DNA of 64,000 bases from Euprymna scolopes (Eukaryota), in NCBI GenBank assembly GCA_053919585.1, contig CM132812.1; one strand, 5' to 3'. A program made the position numbers and the translations under genes. Positions within the stretch are counted from its first letter, which is position 1; each line of letters opens with the position of its first letter. This document shows, one piece after another, positions 12,664-23,881 of the stretch. Under the pieces are notes generated by a model that ran no database searches, was not told the origin of the DNA, and was given only the letters and a program-made list of their open reading frames with translations.

Positions 12664-13699
12664 ACGCACACATATGAACACGGGAATGTTGTAGGTTTAC
12701 GCTATATAAATTGCAATTTATTTTAATTTGCGATTTCTAAACCGTCGATATTTTATTTCTGGATGCAGACACAGAAAACTTACCGATATATAAAAGAGCT
12801 AATACACTTCTCTAGTGCGATAAAAAGGTTCCAATTTTTAGCGGTGTGTATTACATTAGATTTCCGAATCTTCGATATTTTACTTACGTCAGATATCAGT
12901 ATTCGATACATAAAATATTTTTCTTGGGTTTTACTTTAAATTATTCTTTGACGTTGAGAAATGAAATCGCTTTGCAAGATCAGAGAATCCAACATGTCTG
13001 AGACCGATTAGTTTAAGGACGTAATATGAATTAGAATCATGCCATCAAAGAAGTAAATAATAACGCTGTTAATAGACATAGTTAAGCTACGGAACTAACC
13101 GATAAGAAACTTTAACATGAGTTCTAAAACTGTTTTTTTTTTCTGATTTCCACGTCTCACTTCACCGAATTAAAACTAATTTTCTATGTTTATTCTTGAG
13201 TTATAATCCATGTTTAGTTTCAGAACAGTTTTCGATGGTTTTCAGTAGACAGTTCTGGAGTTGGAAGCCACAGAGCAAAGGATCCTTCCCGTGTTGACAC
13301 AAAGAAAACACATGCAACGTTGCTAAAGAAGATGTTTAATTTTTATGGAGCAATTCTGGCTTCTGATTGGTTGGTAGCAGAACGTGAATTAATTTGTTCC
13401 GTCAGTTCCTAGCAGCATCGTTTATAGAATCTCATAACTGATAGGGGCCACACACAAAATAGTAAAAAATATTGCAGCACCTCCCCCTTTTTTATAATGG
13501 GGAAGTCCTGTTGGATCACTTTTTAATTCTGTTCACAAATAAATATATTTTTTATATTCAATTATACAAAATAAAAACAGAAATCATTTGGATCTTAAAA
13601 TTGGAGGATGTAAAAAGAAGCCATTTTTAAATTGGTTCTAATGTTCAAAAATATATATGTTTGTATAGAAAAGGGTAATAGAAGATGTTTTTTTTTGCT

Positions 13700-14004
13700 T
13701 TTACCTTAAAAAGGTTCCATCCATGCTTCCGTTCAGTCTTGAAAGACAAAGGATACCCCCTGTAGCGCATGTAATTGTGAGGCAAGGGTTGCGCAATCGA
13801 CAACCACACCTCTCCTGAATCGGCACTGTTTGATTCCAGTGGCAAGGAGAGGATCAGGACAACTGGAAACAATGCCGAGATAAGCGGAGAGTACATAGAG
13901 CACCTGAAAGTCCCAAATCGTCATCCATTTAGTACTGACCAGTTTCAACGTTGCTTAACTTCGGTGATCCAGCGGAAACCGTTGTGTCAACGTGATTTTG
14001 CCTA
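13700..14004 (-). mobile_element. 5S rRNA-derived SINE (SINE3-type), copy 1; 5S-like head ~13894-14004
   Basis: Minus strand reads ..atcacgttgacacaacggtttccgctggatcaccgaagttaagcaacgttgaaactggtcagtactaaatggatgacgatttgggac.. (animal 5S rRNA-like), then a body shared with 29590-29888. Confidence 0.85.
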
Positions 14005-14318
14005 AAAACGGGTGGGCATGTGAAAAAGGAAGCCATTTCTTAAGTTTGATTATGCAGTCTTGTTCAAAACGCATACATATATGCATATAAATAAATATAC
14101 ATATAAATAAATATAGATTCAATATGTACCCATTAAAAAACAGTTTGGGCGGTAATTAAAACAATGCAAAAACAATAGGGCATTTTGGATAAATAAGAAA
14201 GAAAACTAATGTGCGTAAAAAGTAAAAGTCAATTGTAGTTTATGCGCGCCTTAGAATAAGAATGTAAACAGTATTTGTAAAAAAAAAATGAAGTACAAAA
14301 AATGTTTTAAGAAAAGTG

Positions 14319-14357
<39 letters not shown>

Positions 14358-15565
14358 CAACATTTATAAAAGTAATCTTTCTCTTATAAAGCATTTTAAA
14401 ATAATTTTATAATTAAATACACGTACCATCAACGATGATTTAGATCGGCATTCCCTCGTAACATTATATTGAAGAATCTTATAACTATGTGAATTGTAAA
14501 TAGATTATTTATCAAGTTTCAGTCATAAAAAAATCGTGCAATTCAGTATTAGTTTCGTAACTGTTGACATTTCACGAATTCCTTTACACAAAAATACAAT
14601 TTTATAGAAGGAAGATGCTTCATAAACAAATGTTTCAATTTAAAAGGAAAAATCTAAAAACAAGAGTACATTTTACAGTAAAATTATGATTTATAAACAA
14701 AATATGCAATTGAATAAGAGGAAATGTACATTTCTACGGAAATAGTTCCGTTGCATTCGGTTACGCAAAAGCATTATTTTAGAGATTGGAAAATGTCAAA
14801 ACTGTTAAAAGCAATAAAAAATTTGAACTAACAAAATTTAAACTAAATAAAGAAAAATAGTGTGGATCTTTCTGATTATAATCTTAAAATATTTCTATTA
14901 ACATTTTAACTTGCTGAGTGAATTATCTAAACATGATTCGTTATTGTAAACAAAATATATATACGATATTTGAAATATGTCATCAATCGTAAGCATCCAC
15001 ACTCTGACAAATTACCCGTCCTTTACTTGTTGTTTTGTGCATTGGTAATAATTATGGATAGGACGACAGCATATCATTTTCCGCGTTTTGACTCTCGAAT
15101 GTGTATCCGTTGATATCGTATACGCTTTTATATAGAGTGATGTGGTTCTCGGTTGATTCACTGTGTCTAACTGTATTGAATATATACTCCAGAGTCAAAA
15201 CAATTAAAAGCATATGTTGTTGTCATAGTACGAGTAATAATACAAGAATTCACTTATATTCAGTCACCTTTCTTATAAGAACAATATTAATTCCTTCTCT
15301 AGATGAATTATGCATTATTTTTGTCGTCAGAATTTTTAACTTTTAGCAGATAAAATCATAAAAAAATCCGAAGTCTCCCCCTGTTGTATACTAGAAATGT
15401 GTTATTCTATTCTCAAATGCCGAATAAAATGTATATTACTAGGAAAAATTACTTAACTTTGTGATAAAACGTTTTTTTCCAATCAATGATTTCTTTTGTG
15501 TCTCCCCAAAGAACATTGCATTAATTATTAGTCACATTTTTTACAAACTCTGCTTATTTACAGTA

Positions 15566-16298
15566 TGTAACGCCTCCCTCGAGGAGGTTATTAAGGATTC
15601 TTATTTCTCTGGATTCTCGTCACGTGTCGTCTAGATTCCTCGGAGATTGTTACGTAAATCTGGTATGCTGAAAGTGAATATCAAAGCGGCAGGCATGAAA
15701 TAAAGACAAACAATTGTAGTCCTTCTACGGAAGCTTAATTTTCGCAAAATTATGTACAAAATGTTTTAACAATTCTCATTCAGATTTTGTAAGGTTTTTC
15801 AAAGTCTCAACTCTTTTCTCGGACTCAACAAGCAATCTGCTTTTAGACTCTCCACTAACTCTGCGACTCAACTCTATCTCTCCATACTCTTCTGGCTAAT
15901 TTTCGCACGACAGTCGTATATATAGTAATGTATGTGGATGGGGTGGAAATTCTTCCCAGCCAATAAGATTTCGCCACGAAATCTCCACAAAATCCAAAGT
16001 CTTTAAGGTTTTTTCGTGGGTAAAATTCCCACACTGAAATCTAAGCACGATTTTCAAGGACAGATGTCAATTCTGGGTTCATTTAAGGCCAGACAAGGTA
16101 CTAAGTGAAATTCCATGTTGTCAACTTTTAGCCGTAAAATATATTTCTCTGGTTTTCAAACAATATCTATTTTGACATGAAATGAAATATATATATTTAT
16201 CTTCTCTATCATAAATCCTTGGGTTATCAGGTGTCACCCGGGAATACAAAGCTACCTCAGCGTAGGTAAAACGCTCCTCAATGGCGTGTTACGTTACA
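15566..16298 (-). mobile_element. Probable solo LTR
   Basis: Terminal inverted TGTAACG...CGTTACA; TATA-like box near 15920 followed by purine-rich R-like sequence on minus; no TSD seen. Confidence 0.6.
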
Positions 16299-16299
16299 T

Positions 16300-16540
16300 T
16301 CGACCCCCTAACCAATCGAGTCTATCAAATGCCTCACTACCTTTATTAATTCTACTTTGGATGTGCTTTTCAAATTTAGCAGCATCAGGCACAACAGATC
16401 TGAAGGATGTAAAAAAAAGGATACTGTTTCAGAGCATATAGTTGTGAAGAGGGCGTAGTGTTTTGTTTTGGCTGGTGAATAATTTCAGTTTTTTTATGAT
16501 AATTGTAAGACCGAGGGCTTACATGCGCCAGAAAAGCTAC
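16300..16540 (-). mobile_element. RTE-clade LINE, RT C-terminal fragment (continuation of 19490-21270)
   Basis: SFSGACK..GLTIIIKKTEIIHQP and FEKHIQSRINKGSEAFDRL match RTE consensus FS.AC..FGLTIS.KKT / EIQ.RI.KAS.AFGRL. Confidence 0.75.
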
Positions 16541-19485
16541 TTTCGGGCGTTAGTAGTTTTCTAGCACGGTAGAGAGAGCTCACCTTTCTTGCAGCGGCCC
16601 TGGCAATGCCCTCGATGCAATTGTTCCAACTCATGTTTCCTGTGAACGTTAGGCCAAGGAGCTTGAAAGATGTACTCTCAGATAAAGAGTTGTTGGCCAT
16701 TGCGATAGGTGGTAGATAAGGTTTCTTGTAATTATGTAATGGAACTACTTTTGTCTTGGCGGCATTGAACGTGACTATCCATTGTTGTCCCCATTCCACT
16801 GCAGATTGGAGGTCATACTCTAGTATTTCTGCCATTTCTTTAGATATGTGTTCATTTGTTTTCCTGTCGTGCCTGTTATAGAGTGTGGTGTCATCAGCAT
16901 ATATACCCATATAAGAGGAAATTTTGTCGGAGAGGTCATGTATGAATATCAGGAACAGTAGAGGTCCAGAGATAGACCCCTGGGCACTCCCGGATTTATA
17001 TCATATTGTTTAGATGTACGACCGTCGAGGACAACCTGGATTTTTCACTTATCTAAGAAGGATTTAATTATGATAAGTATTCTACCAGTGATACCGTATG
17101 ATTTAATTTTCCTGAGGAGACCCTCATGTCATACCCTGTCAAAAGCCTTAGATATATCTAGAGCTACCGCTCTGCCCTCTCCCGTTTTGTCCAATGAATG
17201 GTATATACATTCAAACATTACAGTTAGGACACCTGCTATGGAATGGGCTTGTCTAAATCCATATTGTTGGTCAGTCAGAAGCTTAGCATCTGTAAGGTGA
17301 TGAACTAGAGCATGGTTAATTAAGGTCTCAAATATTTTGGCAAAAAGTGGGAAGAAGCTAATGGGGGGATAATTTTATGGGTCAGTTTTTTCGCCAGAAT
17401 TCTTGAATACTGGTACCACAGAAGCAGTTTTCAAACAGCCCGGAAAGCAAGATCCATTAAGGCATTTGTTGTAGAGTTTGGAGAGAACTGGAGCTACTTC
17501 GGCTAGGCACTTTTTTAATACAACAGCTGGGATGAGATCGGGTCCACATGCTTTGTAAGTGCCAAGGTTTTTATGATAGCATGCATCTGAGCAGAGGTGA
17601 TTTTCAGATCGTCTACCGTGGCGTGTGTTAACATAGGAAATTCAGGTAGGGGGTTGTTGGAAGGGTCCAGTGTGGAGTTTTAGGCAAACCAACTTGCAAG
17701 CATGTTAGCCTTTTCGGTTGCTGAGCAAAAAACCTCGTGATTGTTGGTTAGTTGATTGCCCATTATTTACTACACTGTTGTAGATTTCCAGAAGTCACGA
17801 GCTCCTAGTTTTTGTGCTTCGAGTTTGTTTTTAGTGGTTTCCATAAATTCTTTCTTAGCTGTCGCTCTTTCTTTCTTAACGTTACTTTTAGCTTCTATGT
17901 ACTTCTGTCTGTTTGAACTGGACTTATGTCGGTTAAATCTGCGGTATGCATGCTGCCTTTGAGCAATGGCAGTTGCGCAAGTCGAAGTAAACCATTGGAG
18001 AGAGTGGGGCTTGCTATAAAATTTCCGCATGGAAACATGCGCTTCAGTTGCAGTTTTGAATTTTTCAGTGATCTCGTTTGCAAACTTTTCAGCAGGAAGA
18101 GAAAAAAATATTTCCCCATGGGGCATCTCGGATAAGATCTCTGATGGCTTCCCAGTCAGCCTTTTTATAATATCTCGTTGTTTTGAGCACTGGCACTTCA
18201 GTTTTGGCTTTACAGTTGAGAGCGATTTCAACCATTATAACTGCATTATCAGCATTCCCAAGTGGGATGTCGGCATTCGTCATCATCAGGAACTGTGGTT
18301 AAAAACAGATCTAAAAGTGATGCGTGTTGTTCTTACTGGTCAGGGAAGCGGGTTGGAAAAGTAACAATTTGTGGTAGGGAGTGAGATGTAGAGAAGCTAT
18401 GAGTTGTACTGCCAGCTGCATCTGTGTGAGTAGAGAATCCAAGCCAGTTTTTGTGATGGACATTAAAGTCACCAAATACATGTACTTGCGCGTTAGTGTC
18501 GAGGGAGAGTGCGTTGTCTATGCTGTCAGAGACTTTGTTTATTATGGCGCAGTCCTGGGTCGAGGGAGAGCGGTAGAGAAAGTAAGAGTAGCTAACGTTG
18601 TGTTGCATGATTAGTCTAAGGCACATAAAGGCTTGATCATCCGTTTCTAGGTTTGCTTCTCTAGTCAAGGGAAGACTATTACGAATGTAAACTCCAAGTC
18701 GGTGCATATGTCTGTCAGAGTCCTTACGACAGAGTGGGAGATATCCAGGCATGTTAAAGTAGTTAGAGGGGATGGAGGAGTGTAGGGTAGTCTCACTGAG
18801 TGCTAAGACATCCGGGGTATTTGTTAAGAGAAATGCTTAAACATCAGCTTAATTAGTTCTAAGCCCACGGATATTTGTGAATGCAAGCCTCAAGGGGGGA
18901 GGCAAGTTGAATTTGTTCGTCCTTAAGCCTGGTTTAAGTTTATTTTTAGATTGTACTGTCATCATATTTGTAACGAGTTTCAGTTAGGAAAGGGGGAGCT
19001 GAACAGGAGGTTATGCAGAGTATCACACATGCATCACAAGTTGACCATCAGCTGACCCTCCTTCAACTAGGACTGTGGCCTCAGGCAAGCCCACCGGGGA
19101 TGAGTACATGTCCCTTTCTATGCGCGACATAGCACTACTAATATCCCGTATTATACAACTGTTGTTGGAGTGGCCGCTCTTAGCGCTACCAAAGGGTTAG
19201 TGCTCCTGTACTACCAGTCGGAAACAGCAGCCGATAACTGTCAACCTGGTACCCTCAACCCATCAAAGGAAGGTCAACCCAATCTAATTGCTCAGGCATA
19301 TATGGTACTCAAGCAGTCAAGTGCCCAGTTTTAGGGGTGGGGTGTGTCAGGAGTGGGGAAACGGCGTTCATTGCCCTAGACAAGACACAAGATCTACCAT
19401 TGTGTGTTTCTGTCGAATCACTGTGATAGTGTCTCTGCGCCTGACTAATAGGCAAAGGATGAGTATGTAAGCCGGGCGATAGACA
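16540..19485 (-). mobile_element. CR1-group (CR1/L2/Jockey-like) LINE, APE endonuclease + RT pseudogene, 3' end missing
   Basis: ORF starts ~18965: AFTNIRGLRTN, LALSET, YRSPS, VFGDFNVH (APE); LDISKAFDRV, VPQGSISGP, YADDTT (RT); multiple stops and frameshifts. Confidence 0.93.
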
Positions 19486-19489
19486 GAAC

Positions 19490-21270
19490 TTATCTACTCC
19501 TTAAGCAATTTAGCTTTGCAAACCGGTAATTTGTTTGAGTCACCAGCTCTAGGAAGGTTGTCATCCAAGACTGAATAGGCCCCCCTTTGGTTTAGTTGCA
19601 GAGTTTTCCTTCTCCTATGATCTGTATTTTGGCCTTGAACCTATACCTACACTTCCTTGGATGTTTTCTTGAAAGCTTTCTCAACATCACCGAAAAGAAA
19701 ATAGCTAATAGGATCGGAGCAAGGACACCCTTGCTTAATTCACTCGTGCCCTCCGTTGTATGTGGGAATGATATTGCAGCACCGTGGAGACAGCTTTTCA
19801 TCAGTTACCTTTTGAAACAAGTGCATTGCCTCAACCTTCAACTTGCCTACATCAATTCTCTTGATGGAAGAATTACGTTGATTTTGACCAGCGCGCTTGC
19901 TTTTCATTTTGTGGAGCAAATCAATTTATGGTCTGCTCAACATTCTCTGATTCTCTAAGAGCGTGTAGCATCTATATCTTGTCTATCAGATGCCGTACAA
20001 TGACATAGTTAAGGAGATGATAATGATTAGATCGGGGATGTTTCCAACTAACTTTCTTGCAATTAGGCAGCTGAAACACTGTATTAGTGAACAAACAAGT
20101 TAATTCATGCAAAGCGACAATAAGAGAACACTATTTGAGTTGATTTTACTAATTCCATAAAGGAGTAAAATCCCTCTTTTAGCTCATCATCAGATGAATT
20201 AAGTGTACGTCAATAGCGACTTTAAAATAGTGCATACTTTTCCTTTCCTACTGCAACGCGCAAGGTCATATGTCTATCATTTATACCAACAGGCAGGGAC
20301 TCAAGATTTTTGGCAATATCATTCCTGATGACAAAACCAACGCCAGATTCACGTTTCTCAGTACTTGGTTTTCGAATCCAATAAAAAGTGTATCCACCTT
20401 CACCTTGCAAATTTTATGATGCCTTAACACACGTGCTTGGATAACGGTTTTTTGTTCAGGGTTTTGTTATCCTGGAGTGTTCTTACATTCCCAATCGCAA
20501 TGGATATATTCGTTCCATGCGTTTTGTTTCTATTTTTTATTTGCGTGGAAATATTGGATGTCCAAACATCTGCACCTGATGACAGGAACATGAGCGAGTA
20601 AACAATTTTTAGGTCACCTTTTGGAGACCCCCATCCCATGAAGAGGAAAGCAGTGCCATCCTATAAAAGGCTGCTTTCTTATGAAAGGAGGACACGGATC
20701 ACATAATTACTTGCGGGTGTTAAGAAAAACGGCCATCTACCTCTCACCACCTGTGACATTCTTCACATGTTCCTGTCATAATCCCATGATCGTCACAGGA
20801 TTTATTGTTAATTTAAAATAAACACATATGTACAAAACGGCCATCTACGTCTCACCACCTGTGACATTCTTCAACCGGAACTTTGATTTGTTTTAAGTGC
20901 TAATTGATTGTTCTGAACAAATCACGCTCTCTCCATCGGATTAACATGGTATGTACGGGCGCATGCTGTGTCAGACGTCAGATGATGAAACGATCGCAGG
21001 CCTTGATCCTCCCTATTAAGCTTTCTGTGCAGCTGGGCACCATACCAGCTTATTTCTTCATCCTTGGCCCTAACTGTTAGTTCACTCTAGTGGACACATT
21101 GCGTCTCCCAACAAGGTTAGGAAGCCCTGCTGAGATCAGTACCAAGGGTATAGCTCTTGGAGCAAGCAAGTGAGAGATTTAGAAGATGAGTGAGGACAAG
21201 TGATCTCTGTCCAACCTATTTGGTGAAGCAGCCAGAGATTTAAAGGTACTACCTCTACCCAGAGCTTCCT
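19490..21270 (-). mobile_element. RTE-clade LINE, fragmented (5' region, endonuclease, part of RT)
   Basis: GNVRTLQD, GGYTFYW..RESGVGFVIRN..PVGINDRHMTLR (RTE APE); GVLAPILLAIFFSVML (RTE RT). Confidence 0.85.
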
Positions 21271-21278
21271 ATCCTCTC

Positions 21279-21320
<42 letters not shown>

Positions 21321-21431
21321 ACTACTTCATTTATTCAGATAAAATTAATATACGAAAGTATAAATTTATGCGTAAACTTTAAGTATTTACTTCAAAAGTG
21401 CTCAATACATAGGTAGAGCTAGTTAGTACGT

Positions 21432-21582
21432 GATAGAATATATATGACGATTAAGCTACATTGAATATTTCGCGTTTCATCCACTCTAGGATTCTTCAGA
21501 CTTATGCGCCTAAGCCTAAAGAGTCCTAGAGTGGATGAAATGCGGAATATTCAGTGTAGCTTAATCGCCATACATATTTTAT
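21432..21582. ncRNA. Palindrome with a type I hammerhead ribozyme motif on each arm (Penelope pLTR-like)
   Basis: Minus arm taagtCTGAAGAatcc-tagagt-ggatGAAAcgcgaaatattcaatGTAgctta; plus arm taagcCTAAAGAgtcc-tagagt-ggatGAAAtgcggaatattcagtGTAgctta. Confidence 0.8.
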
Positions 21583-21586
21583 AACT

Positions 21587-21657
<71 letters not shown>

Positions 21658-23493
21658 CAAAAAGCGATAGAAAGACGGTGAGAGCGAGAGAAAGTGAGAT
21701 TATTTAATGATATTTTATAAATCTTTTTAAAACTACCATCGTAACACTGCGACACGTATACAACTCTACTCGAAAAAGATATTATCCATATTGACTGTTA
21801 ATAATTGAGTTGCAATAAGCATGCGGATGTACAATTAAATATGTTATGCTGTAGAGTCGGTGCCGCAATCATAAATCGAGCAAACCATCCAATAAATGAG
21901 GGAATAAAGTCTACGTACCCTCCTTCCCCTTAAAGAGAAAATATAGCGGATAATTAATGAAGAACAGGATACATTAAAACTCACAATATTCTATCGGAAC
22001 TTGCCAATAACATGGATTATACGTTGATTTTTTTTATTTTAGAATGCGTCTTAAAAATGAACGTTGGTATTTATCCACCGAAAATATATCTCATGAATAT
22101 GATTATATTTTATTTCTGACAAAAATATTTTATCGAAAAAAAACATCATTAAACTTGTCCGATATTACAATACGCAATGAAACAGATTTTATGATTAATT
22201 TTGATGGTAATTGTTTTTCGTAACATATATATAATATTATTTTATGCACAAGAAAAGGTTAACCGGAAGCCATCTCTTCTCTATATAAATAAAATGAACT
22301 CATTTTTCCCATGTGAGTTTGACCTTGATAGGATGAGAAATCACCACATTACATTCAAATATCATGTCCCCACACTTCAGCGCAGGATCTGAGGTGTGCT
22401 ATATGCCTATAAACCTTACAGTTCCTTGATATTCGTATATTTCTATATATTTCCGGTAAGAGTTCCCTGCTTCAATCTGTTAAATCAATGGAAGTTGTAA
22501 AATCTTTTCTCTCTATTGGATTCATACTCCGCCCGCGACCCCTTAATACCGCTGCAGCTAAGTTTACAGGGGAATATACGAGGAACACCGGTTTGAGTTC
22601 TTAGTTGCTTAAAAAATATGGATTGGCAGTTTTCCGTCGGGTGAAACGCGACTTTACATTCAAGTTATTCTGTGGGTTACTGGTGCTATTTTATAAATTT
22701 CTTCTTCTATCCCCCCCCCTATTTCCTCGCTTTATTTTTTTCTCTTTTGGTAGGTGGTGGGGGGTGCGATTCCAATGATTACTTAAACGAAACGAATTAA
22801 TATTGAATTGCAGTTTTTACAAGCAAATTTAACAGTCAGTCGCCAGCGTTCTTCAAATCTTGCACGGATTAGTCGCTTTAATATTTTATTTACTGTATTT
22901 ATACTTCTATTATGTTTGCACTGATTTATTACGTGATACTAGGATGGGGAGAACTGACTTCCTATTTTCGGATTAGTTACTTATTCATTATTAATTTCTA
23001 TACATTGTATTTCTGAGAGTTTCATTAGCACAATTACTACTACGCTATCGATATTGGAATCAGACATTCAAATTGGTTAACAGCGACAAAGAAAACAGTA
23101 TAACAAAGAAAACAGACAACAAAGAAACAGTACAAAAAAGAAACAAAAAACAAAGAACAAAAAAACAAACCAACATTAAGAAAAATAAAAAAATACGGTC
23201 AGTTTTCTGGTTTTATATATTCATTTTTTTTCTTTTTCATTGAAACAAAGAAAAATAAATAAATAAAATTTAATAATCATATTTTCATTATACACGGTAA
23301 GGTTAATTTTTTTGAATTTTCTTTTTCCATTAAAAAAATAGATTTAAATAAACATATAGGTATTTTACGCGGTAACTTTTTGGTTATTTTTTTCTTTTTT
23401 CACTTTTTTCTTTTGGTATTCTTTCACGTTCGTTTTATTTTTTATTCCTTTTAATTTTACGCGTCATATATTAGCTAAATCAGGGCGGGGCCA

Positions 23494-23881
23494 TCTATAA
23501 ATATAAAAGCTAAAATATGTGCGTGAGTGTGTTTGTGGGTGTTCCTTTGCCCTATACTAGACCTCTTCCTGCTACTACGACAATGACGTCATGTTTGACC
23601 TAGAAAACATTGTCCTTAGTATCAAGCACCTGCATGTTTTTAAAGGGTTAATTTTATCCGTTCTCAATGTGGCGTAGATTTAACGCTCCATAGCCTCGAT
23701 GCTTCGGGTTCGAACCTGTCTGCCTACCTAAACCCTTTTTTCTCCTTGTTTTACTTTTGTTCGCGGTTTTGCTTCGTTTTGGTTTTCCCAATTTTTTATA
23801 ACATCGTGTTTTTTATAATATTAAAACAGGGTAACCTTCTGCTACATACACACCTCCAAACACCCGGGTATCCACCGCTAG
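23494..23881 (+). mobile_element. Non-autonomous Helitron
   Basis: A|TCTATAAATATAAAAG ... cctccaaacacccgggtatccaccgCTAG|T; 3' end shared with elements at 29967, 50969, 53190 and 53620. Confidence 0.85.

Noticed and set aside
12467-12726. ORFs with poly-X or YIYI/CVCV runs (also near 29, 30, 35, 42.6, 44, 45.5 and 52 kb)
   Set aside because: Artefacts of N gaps and dinucleotide microsatellites.
13608-14050. Long target-site duplication around SINE3 copy 1 (aaaagaagccattt..aa.ttg on both sides)
   Set aside because: The copies are diverged and offset from the element ends, so they cannot be distinguished from a pre-existing local repeat.
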